The position numbers were made by a program, and so were the translations under genes. A stretch of DNA of 64,000 nt, from the NCBI GenBank assembly GCA_036493595.1, contig DASXPN010000008.1, positions 76,041 through 140,040 on the forward strand, read 5' to 3'. Positions 36,830 through 45,737 of this stretch are shown here, piece after piece; the first letter of the stretch is position 1, and every line of letters begins with the position of its first letter. The DNA is from Acidimicrobiales bacterium (lineage in GTDB: Bacteria; Actinomycetota; Acidimicrobiia; Acidimicrobiales; JACDCH01). The notes under the pieces were generated by a model, which was not told the DNA's origin, made no database searches, and saw only the letters and a list, made by a program, of their open reading frames with translations.

Positions 36830-37519
36830 CTAGGAGAACGACGAGCGGACCGCGACCACGTTGGCGACGTAGTGCCACGTCTCCGGCAGGGCCGGGCCGG
36901 TCGTGACGGCGTGAAGGCCCTGGTAGTAGGCGGCGATCGACACGTTCACGTTGTTGCCGGTGCGGTCGAGCAGGAAACGCAGGAACCGGGCCGCCATACG
37001 GATGTTGTCGTTGGCGCTGGCCGGGTCGAGGTTGATGCCGATCAGGCTGCGGGTGAAGTCGATGGTCGCCGGTTGCAGTTGGCCGATCCCCCGGGCGCCG
37101 GTGCTCGACACAACCCCTGACTGCCAGCCCGACTCGATCCAGGCGATCGCCTCGAGCAGATCGGCGGGGACGCCGTAGCGCGCGGCCCACCACTCGAAGA
37201 TCGGCCGCAACGCGAGTCGTTCCGGATGGGCCGTCAACTTCGTGGGCAGCGTGCCCGCGACGTGCGACGAACCATCGCCCGGAATCGTGAGGCGGTTTCC
37301 GATGACGACGATGTTCGGGTTGCGGATCCGGTTGGCGGCGGCGATCGCCTTCGGGGTCGTCCCGTAACGCGCCGCGATGGAGGTCAGCGTGTCGCCCCGT
37401 TTCACGACGTAGGTCGTCGCGGCGCGGCGCGCGCTCGTGGTTGCCGCCTGCCCGGCCACTGCCATCAAGGACACCGCCAGCACGCAGGCGACGATGGCGA
37501 GCCGCCGCCTCACCGGCAC
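36830..37519 (-). CDS. LysM domain + lytic transglycosylase (SLT) domain protein
   Basis: Signal peptide, one LysM (YVVKRGDTLTSIAARYG ... IVVIGNRLTIP), and an SLT core (AIAWIESGW ... GIGQL ... AAYYQG). The GTG start overlaps the upstream gene by 10 nt. Confidence 0.85.
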   Translation of the reverse strand: MPVRRRLAIVACVLAVSLMAVAGQAATTSARRAATTYVVKRGDTLTSIAARYGTTPKAIAAANRIRNPNIVVIGNRLTIPGDGSSHVAGTLPTKLTAHPERLALRPIFEWWAARYGVPADLLEAIAWIESGWQSGVVSSTGARGIGQLQPATIDFTRSLIGINLDPASANDNIRMAARFLRFLLDRTGNNVNVSIAAYYQGLHAVTTGPALPETWHYVANVVAVRSSFS

Positions 37520-38295
37520 GCGGCGACGAGGTACTGGTACGGGTTCACCGCGGCGCCGCCGCCCGGGTGGATCTCGAAGTGCAGGTGGGTCGGCCCACCC
37601 TTCGCGTCGCCCGTGTCACCGACGTAGCCGATCGTGTCGCCCGCCTTCACCTTGCCGGCCTTGCCGAACTTGTCGAGGTGGGCGCCGACATAGGTGTTGC
37701 CGTCCGCTCCCACGAGCCGGAACTGGTTGCCGCTGATCGAACCGACCACCTGCGTCACCGTCCCGCTCACCGGCGCGGCGACCGGTGTGCCCCGCTTGGC
37801 AAGCATGTCGTTGCCTTGGTGGAAGCCGGTGTCGCTGCGCGGGAAGCCCCAGTCGTCCATGAACTTCGCGCTCGGCACCGGGCAACGAGCCAGCGGGCCG
37901 ACGCTTCCGTTGTTGCGCGGCGCGGTGAACATTTGAGCGCCGGCGTAGAGCATCGACTTCGGCGTCAGCCCATTCGCTTGAACGAGCGTGGCCACCGGGA
38001 CGCCCGTGCGGGCCGACAACTTCGCCAGCGACTCGCCGGGTGCCACCACCACGATCGACGGGTTCGCGTTGGCGGGCGGGGGCGGCGGCCCGGGCAGCGA
38101 CAGTGACTGCCCGATGATGATGATGTTCTTGTTGCGGATGCCGTTGGTCGCGGCCAGCGCGTCCACGGTCGTGCCGTTGCGGGCGGCGATTGACGACAGC
38201 GTGTCGCCCTTGCGGACGACATAGCGCCCGGTCTGTGCCAGCCCGGCAATCGCGGTGAGAGCCACCACGCCCACGAGGAGCGCAGTGGAGCTCAT
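37510..38295 (-). CDS. secreted 2x LysM + M23 metallopeptidase
   Basis: Two LysM repeats (YVVRKGDTLSSIAARNG; VVVAPGESLAKLSARTG) followed by a LytM domain (HQGNDM ... GAHL ... GDTGDAKGGPTHLHFEI). Confidence 0.88.
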   Translation of the reverse strand: MSSTALLVGVVALTAIAGLAQTGRYVVRKGDTLSSIAARNGTTVDALAATNGIRNKNIIIIGQSLSLPGPPPPPANANPSIVVVAPGESLAKLSARTGVPVATLVQANGLTPKSMLYAGAQMFTAPRNNGSVGPLARCPVPSAKFMDDWGFPRSDTGFHQGNDMLAKRGTPVAAPVSGTVTQVVGSISGNQFRLVGADGNTYVGAHLDKFGKAGKVKAGDTIGYVGDTGDAKGGPTHLHFEIHPGGGAAVNPYQYLVAACR

Positions 38296-38498
38296 GCGTT
38301 GCAGTCGAGATCTGGTGTGGACGCGGATGACGGAACCTCCGGGGCTCCGCCCGCGTTCTTTTCAACCTAAATGATCACACCGGTCACTTCAACCCCTCCA
38401 GCCACATTGCCCCCACAAGCCCCCGCAATACCGCCTCAAGCCCCCTCCGGTCCGCCCTCGGATTCTGTGTCGTCCGACCGACGGCAGCGACCGGACTC

Positions 38499-38523
38499 GG
38501 TGGCCGAGTCGACAATGTGCGGG
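38499..38523. repeat. copy of the dispersed 25-nt motif (plus strand GGTGGCCGAGTCGACAATGTGCGGG)
   Basis: Shares the GAGTCGACAATGTGCGG core with 54669-54693, 54711-54736 and the reverse complement of 5747-5771. Confidence 0.85.
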
Positions 38524-38533
38524 AACGAAACGG

Positions 38534-38579
38534 GTCGACGCAACCACGCCGCACGTGGCCCAGCCGACCCAGAACACGG
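38534..38579. repeat. copy of the dispersed motif of about 45 nt (GTCGACGCAACCACGCCGCACGTGGCCCAGCCGACCCAGAAC...)
   Basis: Hand alignment to 5819-5867, in the same orientation. Both copies sit about 240-295 nt upstream of a minus-strand gene start. Confidence 0.8.
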
Positions 38580-38596
38580 AGTGGACGGGCGGTTCG

Positions 38597-38619
38597 GGAG
38601 TCGGAGTCGGAGTCGGAGC
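38597..38619. repeat. hexanucleotide microsatellite (GAGTCG) x about 3.5
   Basis: gggagtcggagtcggagtcggagcc, read directly. It lies just downstream of the ThyX-like gene stop. Confidence 0.85.
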
Positions 38620-38626
38620 CCGGACG

Positions 38627-40260
38627 TCAGAACGACTGGCGGCGGGCTTCGGCCCTACGTTCCGCGGCGAGACGCTCGAGCGACGGCTCCGGTGAGTAGT
38701 CGACGAAGCGCATCATCTCGGCGACGGCGTGATGGCCGGCTTGCTCCGAGATGAGATGGTGCATCTCCTGCGCGACCGTCCGGTATGCGGGATGGCCTTG
38801 CGGGGTCGAACGCAACTCGATGAGGTGCATTGCCTCGCGGGCGTTCAGTTGCAGCACGAATCGCACCTTGTACGCGAGCGACACCGCGTACGGAGCTTGG
38901 GCCGGAAAGCGGGCCGCCAGCGCGTCGTGCAGTGAGGCGGACCGTTCCATCGCCGCGTCGAACACCGCCGTCTGTCCTGCGAGGTCGACCGCTTCGGGAC
39001 GGGTGAAGCCATGGCGCGGTGACAACGCCTGCCATTCGATCGTGAGCATGCGATGACGCTGCAGATCGCGGAACGCGCCGTAGTCCGCCAGTACGTCGAA
39101 CCGGTGTTGATCCGCTCGAGCGCGCGCCCCGGCTTGTGCCGCCGGTTGCTGCGCTCGCCCACATACGCGCGCACGACGTCGAGTCGCTCGTCCGTCGACA
39201 TGGCCCGTACCCGCGTCTCGATCTCGACCTCTGAGCGGTGCGTGTACTGGTACAGCATCGACGTGACGAGTTTGACCTCGCCGTCGGGATCGAAGTCGAC
39301 GAGCCGTACCGGCACATCTTCCGCGGGAACCGAGAGCGACGACGAACCTGCGTCCTCCTCCGCCGACGGGAACAGCCGGTCGGCCACTTCTTCCATCGCG
39401 GTGCGGGTCGACGCGAGGTACGTGCTCCACGCGACACCGCGATCGTCGAGATCGACGCGCTTGAGAAAGGACGGAATGACCTTGCGCAGCTCGCTCAACA
39501 TCAGATCGGCGTACGCGCGCGCCTCAGGCAAGGGATGGGCGCGCATGCGCAGCAGCAACTGCTCGTAACCCTGACCCGTGCCGTAGATGCCGACGTTCGA
39601 CAGCGACGCCGCGGGAAGGATGCCGCGCAGCGAGTCGAACGCCTTGGCGCGGGTCGCTTGGCGGTACACGAAGTCGGTGTCGCTCGGCTCCTTCGGGAAG
39701 CGAAGGCGAAAGAACTCCGCCAGCTGCGGCACGAGCTCCGCGTACGTGTCGAACAGGCGGTCCATGTCGCCGACGTAACGCGTGCCGAGCGCGGACCCGA
39801 GTACCTCGGGATCGCGGTAGAAGCGATAGCGACCGCCGATGCGAGTGTCGTACGCGATGTACCGCGTCGACTGCTCGAGGTAGCTCATCAGCCGGCCCCA
39901 CTCGAGCACCTTGGTCAGCAGGTTCGACGCCTGCTCGCACGCGAGGTGGACACCACCGAGTTGGGCGACGGAGTCGTCGCCGTACTCGAAGAACACCCGG
40001 TCGTACAGCTCCTCGGCGCGGCGCAGGCCCACCGTCGCATCGATGGTCTGATCGCCCGAGATGTCGAGCTCGCCGACGAACTCGTCGAGGAACAACCGGC
40101 GCAGGCTCTTGGACGATCGGCTGTACCGCGCGAACAGAGCGCCTTTGACCACTTCGGGCAGGTTGACCAGGGCAAAGACCGGGGCGTCGAGGTTGGTGAA
40201 GTACCGCCGGAGAATGTCGGCTTCGTGTGGTTCGAAGTCCTCGGCGACGTAGACAGTCAC
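38627..40260 (-). pseudogene. tandem ThyX-like (FAD-dependent thymidylate synthase family) gene, interrupted by an apparent 1-nt frameshift near 39100-39111
   Basis: Two overlapping ORFs (38845-40260 and 38627-39430) each carry half of one collinear protein. The N-part makes sense up to ...ERSNRRHKPGRALERIN. The C-part makes sense from ...RFDVLADYGAFRDLQRHRMLT (ThyX RHR motif) to the stop. One missing base between them would join the two. Confidence 0.6.
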
Positions 40261-40354
40261 AGGAGTCGCACGGTAGCCCCGGCGCGAATGTCCAACGGGG
40301 GATGTGCGATGCGCCCTTACGCCGCCGAGCGAAACCCGGCCCAGCCGGACGGTG

Positions 40355-41572
40355 TCAGGCCGAGCGGGCGGCGAGTGCGGTGTTGAAGTCGTCCTTCACG
40401 GCGGACAGCGTGCCGGGCTTCAACCACAGATCCGCCACGGTCATCGCCAGCGCCTTCGCTCCGTCGAGCACGGCCGTGTCGCCGTCTTCGGACGCGGTGA
40501 ACTTCGCGAACTCCTGCGAATGGATCGACACGTGCGGAGGCCCGACCTTGATCATCGGATGGATCGACGGCACGACATACGAGACGTTGCCCATGTCCGT
40601 ACTACCGACCACCGGGTAGCCGATGGCAGACGGGTCACCGAGTGCGCGACCGGTGCGCGCCGCGTTCGCGATGTAGAGGTCGAGCATCGGCCCGTTGTCG
40701 ATCATGTCGGCGTACACGGGCTCCTTCCACTCGTGCGTCATCTCGCAACCGGCGGCGGCCGCTCCGGCTTCGAGGCATGCGAACACCCGCGGCTTGAGAC
40801 GCTCGAGCGACTTCAGCGTCGGCGAGCGCACGTACCACTGCGCGCTGGTGAACTCGGGCACGATGTTCGGCTTGTCGCCCGCGTTCGTAAAGATGCCGTG
40901 GATGCGCTCGCTCGGCAGGATGTGCTGGCGCAGCGCGGCGACGTTCATGTAGCCGAGTACCGCGGCGTCGAGGGCGTTGCGTCCCTTCTGCGGGAAGGCG
41001 GCGGCATGCGCAGCCTTGCCCTGATACTCGACCCACAATTGCCCGATCGCGATGACGTCCATGCGGGGCAGGTCCATGCCTGCGGGGTGGACCATCATGG
41101 CGGCGTCGACCCCCTCGAACGCACCGCGGTCGGCCATGAGCACCTTGCCCCCGCCGCCTTCTTCGGCCGGCGTGCCCATGATCACCACGCGTCCACCGAG
41201 CTCGTCCGCCAAGGCCGCGGCGGCGATGCCCGCGCCGAGGCCGGCGGTGCCGATGATGTTGTGACCGCACGCGTGACCGATGCCGGGCAGCGCGTCGTAC
41301 TCGCAGAGCACTGCGATCGTCGGGCCGCTGCTTCCGGCTCTCGCGACGAACGCGGTGTCGAGCCCGTACGCCTTGCGCTCGAGCTCGAGCCCTTCCGCCT
41401 CGAGGATGCCGGTCAACAGCTCGTGTGCGAAATGCTCCTCGAAGTTCAGCTCGGGGTGGGCATGGATCTGGTGCGACGCATCGATCAACATGTCCGCCCG
41501 CTTGTCGACCTCCGACGCGAGACGATCCTTCACGGCTTCCAGATCCGCCATGCGCTCGCTCTGCTCGCTCAT
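40355..41572 (-). CDS. M20 family metallopeptidase / amidohydrolase (M20D, AbgB-HipO-like)
   Basis: IHAHPELNFEE, YDALPGIGHACGHN, a GTPAEEGGGGK region and a dimerisation insert. I chose the ATG at 41570-41572 (MSEQSERMADLEAV). The alternative upstream ATG at 41641 lies inside a duplicated 5' segment. Confidence 0.8.
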   Translation of the reverse strand: MSEQSERMADLEAVKDRLASEVDKRADMLIDASHQIHAHPELNFEEHFAHELLTGILEAEGLELERKAYGLDTAFVARAGSSGPTIAVLCEYDALPGIGHACGHNIIGTAGLGAGIAAAALADELGGRVVIMGTPAEEGGGGKVLMADRGAFEGVDAAMMVHPAGMDLPRMDVIAIGQLWVEYQGKAAHAAAFPQKGRNALDAAVLGYMNVAALRQHILPSERIHGIFTNAGDKPNIVPEFTSAQWYVRSPTLKSLERLKPRVFACLEAGAAAAGCEMTHEWKEPVYADMIDNGPMLDLYIANAARTGRALGDPSAIGYPVVGSTDMGNVSYVVPSIHPMIKVGPPHVSIHSQEFAKFTASEDGDTAVLDGAKALAMTVADLWLKPGTLSAVKDDFNTALAARSA

Positions 41573-41670
41573 ATTCCCGCCGGGGGCTGCGCCCCCGGAC
41601 CCCATCGGCGTACGGCTCCCTGGCGGTCGCTCATCCGCCATGCGCTTCGCTCTGCTCGCTCATACTTCCC
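41543..41670. repeat. imperfect direct duplication of the M20 gene start region (two 36-38 nt copies, 90 nt apart)
   Basis: 41543-41578 reads atccgccatgcgctcgctctgctcgctcatattccc. 41633-41670 reads atccgccatgcgcttcgctctgctcgctcatacttccc. A GC hairpin (ccggggg ctgcg cccccgg) lies between them. Confidence 0.85.
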
Positions 41671-41674
41671 CGGT

Positions 41675-42283
41675 CTACACGACGCACGTCAGCGCATCCG
41701 GCTCGACTCTGATCGACAGCGCGCGAGCCGTCCCGAGCGATACGCCATCGAGCCAAACCTGGAGACCGTCGACGTCGACCTGCGCCGCGGCTACCCGTCG
41801 CTCCTTGATGTCGCGGTGCGGGACATGAGACCCACTCGGTAGCCGCGGCCGCGCCTTCAGCCGTTCGCCGAACGGCATCGTCGTGTCGAACGTGTCGAGC
41901 ACGCCGTCGTTCGGATGGCTGCGAGGCGCGACATCCCAATGGCCGAGGAACTCTGCGTTCATCGCCGCGTAGATGCGGCCACGCCACCATCCGTGGCGCG
42001 CCACCAGATGAGCGACGAACCAGTGCAGCCGGCCGTCGACGAGCACCGCGGCGATGTCGACCGGGAGCTGCATTGCTTCGTCGGAGTGCAGCCGCTTCTC
42101 GTCGCCGGTACCGCCGACGGTTCGGCACAGGTCACCGCCAAGCAATCCGATTGGCGGGATCGGCTCACCGGCTCGGCGGGCGTGCTCGACGATGGCCCGC
42201 GCTTCGGCATCACTGTGGACGACCACGCCGTCGGCGGGCAGGCGCCCCTCGGTCCCCCAGGTCTCACCCTTGCGAATCGTCAT
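41675..42283 (-). CDS. conserved hypothetical protein, translationally coupled to helY
   Basis: The ATG overlaps the helY stop (ATGA). The 202-aa protein is soluble. Weak resemblance to NAD-kinase/diacylglycerol-kinase-fold proteins (LLGGD..., PNDGVLDTFD) is not enough for a call. Confidence 0.45.
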   Translation of the reverse strand: MTIRKGETWGTEGRLPADGVVVHSDAEARAIVEHARRAGEPIPPIGLLGGDLCRTVGGTGDEKRLHSDEAMQLPVDIAAVLVDGRLHWFVAHLVARHGWWRGRIYAAMNAEFLGHWDVAPRSHPNDGVLDTFDTTMPFGERLKARPRLPSGSHVPHRDIKERRVAAAQVDVDGLQVWLDGVSLGTARALSIRVEPDALTCVV

Positions 42284-44910
42284 GCAGTGGCCGGATCGGC
42301 GGTGAGCATCGACGACGCCGCGATCACGCCGCGCAGCAGTTGGTCCGCGGCCTGGTTGGCGACGCGCGAGGTGTCCGTCTGCGATGTCTGGCCGAGCTGA
42401 CGGAGCAGATCGATGAGCTGTTTCACGTTGCGGACGAAGTCGCCACCCGAGAGGTCTTCATCCTCGAGCACCTCGTCGAGGTCCTCGCCTGCTGCCCACG
42501 CGTGCGCGAGCGCGATGAACCCCGGGTCCGGCGAGCGGGTCAGGGTCAGCCCGGCACGATCCTCGTCCGCTTGCAGCTCGGTCGCGAGTTGCTCGATGGC
42601 GCCGAAGCGTTCGCGTACCTTGCTCGACGGGAACCACGGGGCGGGGGGCGGCGTCGAGCTCCGGTGCTCGTACGTGAACACCGAAACGAGTCCGGCCATC
42701 GACGCCGGATCGAGGCCGTCGAGCACGCCCGAGGCAAGCGCTTCGGTGATCAGCAGGTCGCACTCGTGATAGAGGTGCGCGAGCCGGTGACCCTTGTCGG
42801 TCAGCGACCATCCGTCGAGATGACCCCATGCGTCCAGCACCCGCAGCACGCGGTCGAACCGGCGGGCGAGCGATTGGGTGCGACCTTTGACGGACCGTTC
42901 GAGCTCGTCCACTTCGACTCGCACCCGCCGCAACTGCCCGACCGCCCGCACGTGGCGATCACGATCGGGACAGCTCGCCACGGGATGACGTTCCGCGGCG
43001 GCCGTGGCCTCCGAGTGCTCGGCCAGGTACCGGCGGCGACGACCGGTGTCGGGGCCGCGCAGCCGGGTGCGCTGCAACCGCCGCGCCACCTGCTGCTGGA
43101 AGCTGTGACTGTTGGGCGCGTACGGCACCGGCAAGTCGATGTGACCGAGCGGCGCGGGCGCGTCGTCGAAGTCCGAGGCGCCGAGAGCAATGACCTTGCG
43201 ATGATCGGTCACGACCTTCAGCCGTCCCTCGCCGCCGCGATGGGCGAAGCTGAGAACCACGGCCCGGGTGCCGTCGCGTCCGGCCGCCACTTGGATCACG
43301 TCACCAGGCTTGAGCGCCACCATCGCGTCGGCGAGATCGCGACGAGAGGGCTCGGTGCGCCGCCGCGCCGCCTCCGCGTCGTCGAGCAGCTGGCGGTACT
43401 CGACGACATCGCCCCGCTCACAACGCGCCTCTTGTTCGAGTGCGGCCAGCGCGGAGCGCCGCTTCTCCAGCCGCGCTTCGACACGAACCACCGACCGGTC
43501 GGCCTGATACTGCGCGAACGACAGGTTGAGAAGGTGGTGCGCCTCGGCGGGCTCGCAGCGAGCCACGAGGTTGGCCGCCATGTTGTACGTGGGCCGGAAG
43601 GCGGACGTCAGGCGAAACGAACGGCTCGACGCCAGCGACGCCACTTGTTCGAACGGCACGAACGGCGACCACAGCACGACCGCGTAACCGACGGGATCGA
43701 TACCGCGCCGCCCGGCCCGGCCGGTGAGTTGCGTGTACTCCCCTGCAGTCAGGAACTCGTGGCGCTCGCCGGTGAACTTCGACAGGTTCTCGATGACGAC
43801 GGTGCGCGCCGGCATGTTGATGCCGAGCGCGAGCGTCTCGGTCGCGAACACGACCTTCACGAGTCCCTGGGCGAAACAGCTCTCGACGGCTTCCTTGAAC
43901 GGCGGCACCATCCCGGCGTGGTGAGCGGCGATGCCCACCTCCAGCCCGTTCAACCAGCGGTCGTAGCCGAGCACGTCGAGGTCGCCGTCCGAGAGCGCCT
44001 CGACATGTTGTTCGGCGATGGCTCGGATGCGGGTGCGCTCCTCCGGTGACGTGAGCCGCAGACCGGCGCCGACGCACGCGTCGACGGCGTCGTCGCACGC
44101 AGCGCGGCTGAAGATGAAGTAGATCGCGGGCACGAGGTCGTCGTCGGCCAACCGTTCGACGACCTCGACCCGCCGCGGGGTGAAGAACCGGCGGCGGGGC
44201 CGTCCCCGCATACGCGGGTCGCGCTGCGATTCCGCGTCGAGATGGCTCGCCTCGGGATTGGGCTCGCCCTCGACCAGTGTCGGCAACAAGTGCAGGTCGG
44301 GCCACGAGCGATCCCCCACGCAGTAGAGATTCACGAGCTCGACCGGCCGCTGCTCCTCGATCACCGCCGCGGTCGGTCCCCGCACCGTCGTGATCCAGTC
44401 GGCGAGCTCCTCCGCGTTCGACACCGTCGCCGACAAGCACACGAGGCGCACGTGTTGTGGCAGGTGCAGGATCACTTCTTCCCACACGGGCCCGCGGTAC
44501 GTGTCCTGCAGGTAGTGCACCTCGTCGAGCACGACGTAGCGCAGGCGATCGAGCGCGTCACTGCCCGCGTAGATCATGTTGCGCAGGACCTCGGTGGTCA
44601 TCACGACCACCGAGGCGGACGGGTTGACGGCGTTGTCGCCGGTGAGCAGGCCGACACGTCCGATGCCGTACCGGCGAACGAGATCGCCGTACTTCTGGTT
44701 GGACAGTGCCTTGATCGGCGCGGTGTAGAAGGCCTTGCCGCCATCGTCGAGCGCGAGTTGGGTGGCGTACTCCGCGACGACGGTCTTGCCCGACCCGGTG
44801 GGTGCCGCCACGAGCACCGACTGGCCCGCGTCGAGTGCCTCGATGGCGCGCTGTTGGAAGGAATCGAGCTCGAAACCGTACGAGCTGACGAACAACTCGC
44901 CGGGTTCCAT
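42280..44910 (-). CDS. helY: Ski2-like DEAD/DEAH box RNA helicase HelY
   Basis: The ATG at 44908-44910 gives FELDSFQQRAIEAL ... AAPTGSGKT (motif I), DEVH (motif II), SAT, an ATETLALGINMPAR ... HAGM region, and a C-terminal DSHCT-like domain. It is adjacent to tatC, as is Rv2092c. The 993-aa ORF-track model runs into tatC. Confidence 0.9.
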   Translation of the reverse strand: MEPGELFVSSYGFELDSFQQRAIEALDAGQSVLVAAPTGSGKTVVAEYATQLALDDGGKAFYTAPIKALSNQKYGDLVRRYGIGRVGLLTGDNAVNPSASVVVMTTEVLRNMIYAGSDALDRLRYVVLDEVHYLQDTYRGPVWEEVILHLPQHVRLVCLSATVSNAEELADWITTVRGPTAAVIEEQRPVELVNLYCVGDRSWPDLHLLPTLVEGEPNPEASHLDAESQRDPRMRGRPRRRFFTPRRVEVVERLADDDLVPAIYFIFSRAACDDAVDACVGAGLRLTSPEERTRIRAIAEQHVEALSDGDLDVLGYDRWLNGLEVGIAAHHAGMVPPFKEAVESCFAQGLVKVVFATETLALGINMPARTVVIENLSKFTGERHEFLTAGEYTQLTGRAGRRGIDPVGYAVVLWSPFVPFEQVASLASSRSFRLTSAFRPTYNMAANLVARCEPAEAHHLLNLSFAQYQADRSVVRVEARLEKRRSALAALEQEARCERGDVVEYRQLLDDAEAARRRTEPSRRDLADAMVALKPGDVIQVAAGRDGTRAVVLSFAHRGGEGRLKVVTDHRKVIALGASDFDDAPAPLGHIDLPVPYAPNSHSFQQQVARRLQRTRLRGPDTGRRRRYLAEHSEATAAAERHPVASCPDRDRHVRAVGQLRRVRVEVDELERSVKGRTQSLARRFDRVLRVLDAWGHLDGWSLTDKGHRLAHLYHECDLLITEALASGVLDGLDPASMAGLVSVFTYEHRSSTPPPAPWFPSSKVRERFGAIEQLATELQADEDRAGLTLTRSPDPGFIALAHAWAAGEDLDEVLEDEDLSGGDFVRNVKQLIDLLRQLGQTSQTDTSRVANQAADQLLRGVIAASSMLTADPATA

Positions 44911-45698
44911 CAACTGCGGGCGGCCGCCGCCTCGGCACGACGCTTGCGCCGGTTGCGGATGCGGCCGACGAGGATGGCGCCCTCGTAGAAGATGCACAGC
45001 GGCACCGACAGCGCGAACAGACTGATCGGGTCGTTGCTCGGCGTCGCCACGGCCACGACGATGAAGATCAGGACGATGGCGTGGCGCCGGTACTTCCGCA
45101 GCCACTCGTTGCTCACGATCCCCGCGATCTGCAGGAACACGAGCACGATCGGGAACTCGAAACAGATGCCGAACGCCAGCATCATGTAGGCGATCAGCTG
45201 GAAGTACTTGTCCGCCGTGTAGGCCTGCGTGATGTTGTTGCCGCCGACGGCGCTCAACCAATCGAGTGCCTTCGGCAACGTCCAGTACGCGAGCGACGCG
45301 CCCATGATGAACAACGTGATCGCGGCGGTGACGAAGGGCAGCGCGTAGTGACGTTCGTGTTTGTAGAGACCGGGTGACACGAACCGCCAGATCTGCCAGA
45401 GGATGACCGGCATCGCGATCGCGACGGCGACATACATCGTGATCTTGATGCGTACGGCGAAGCCCTCGACCGGACTCGTTGCGATGAGGTTGCCGCCGGC
45501 GATGCTGCGCGACGCGATGTCGTGGTACGGATGCAACAGCACGTCGAGCACGTAGGGGTAGAGGAACCAGCCCGCGATCGCGCCGACGCCGACGGTGATG
45601 GCACAGACGATGATCCGGTGGCGGAGCTCGACGAGATGCTCGATGAGGGTCATCCGGCCCTCGTCAGCGGCTCCCGCGGGTAAGGGGTTGGCGCTCAT
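44910..45698 (-). CDS. tatC: twin-arginine translocase subunit TatC
   Basis: MTLIEHLVELRHRI start region and six TM segments with the typical TatC spacing. 262 aa. Confidence 0.92.
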   Translation of the reverse strand: MSANPLPAGAADEGRMTLIEHLVELRHRIIVCAITVGVGAIAGWFLYPYVLDVLLHPYHDIASRSIAGGNLIATSPVEGFAVRIKITMYVAVAIAMPVILWQIWRFVSPGLYKHERHYALPFVTAAITLFIMGASLAYWTLPKALDWLSAVGGNNITQAYTADKYFQLIAYMMLAFGICFEFPIVLVFLQIAGIVSNEWLRKYRRHAIVLIFIVVAVATPSNDPISLFALSVPLCIFYEGAILVGRIRNRRKRRAEAAAARS

Positions 45699-45737
45699 GA
45701 GAAAAGCGAATAGATCCTGACCGCAGCGGCGCGCGGC

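Noticed and set aside
38296-38626. Cyclic-di-AMP (ydaO-type) riboswitch upstream of the LysM-M23 hydrolase
   Set aside because: The genomic context fits, since these riboswitches often precede actinobacterial cell-wall hydrolases. However, I could not find the conserved pseudo-symmetric ACGGGGA / CCGAAUCC / AGCUAACCUCG blocks by eye on the minus strand. A covariance-model scan is needed before any claim.
42073-44049. 658-aa plus-strand ORF
   Set aside because: It is antisense to helY, which has all helicase motifs. The composition is Arg/Gly/Pro-biased and no motif is present.
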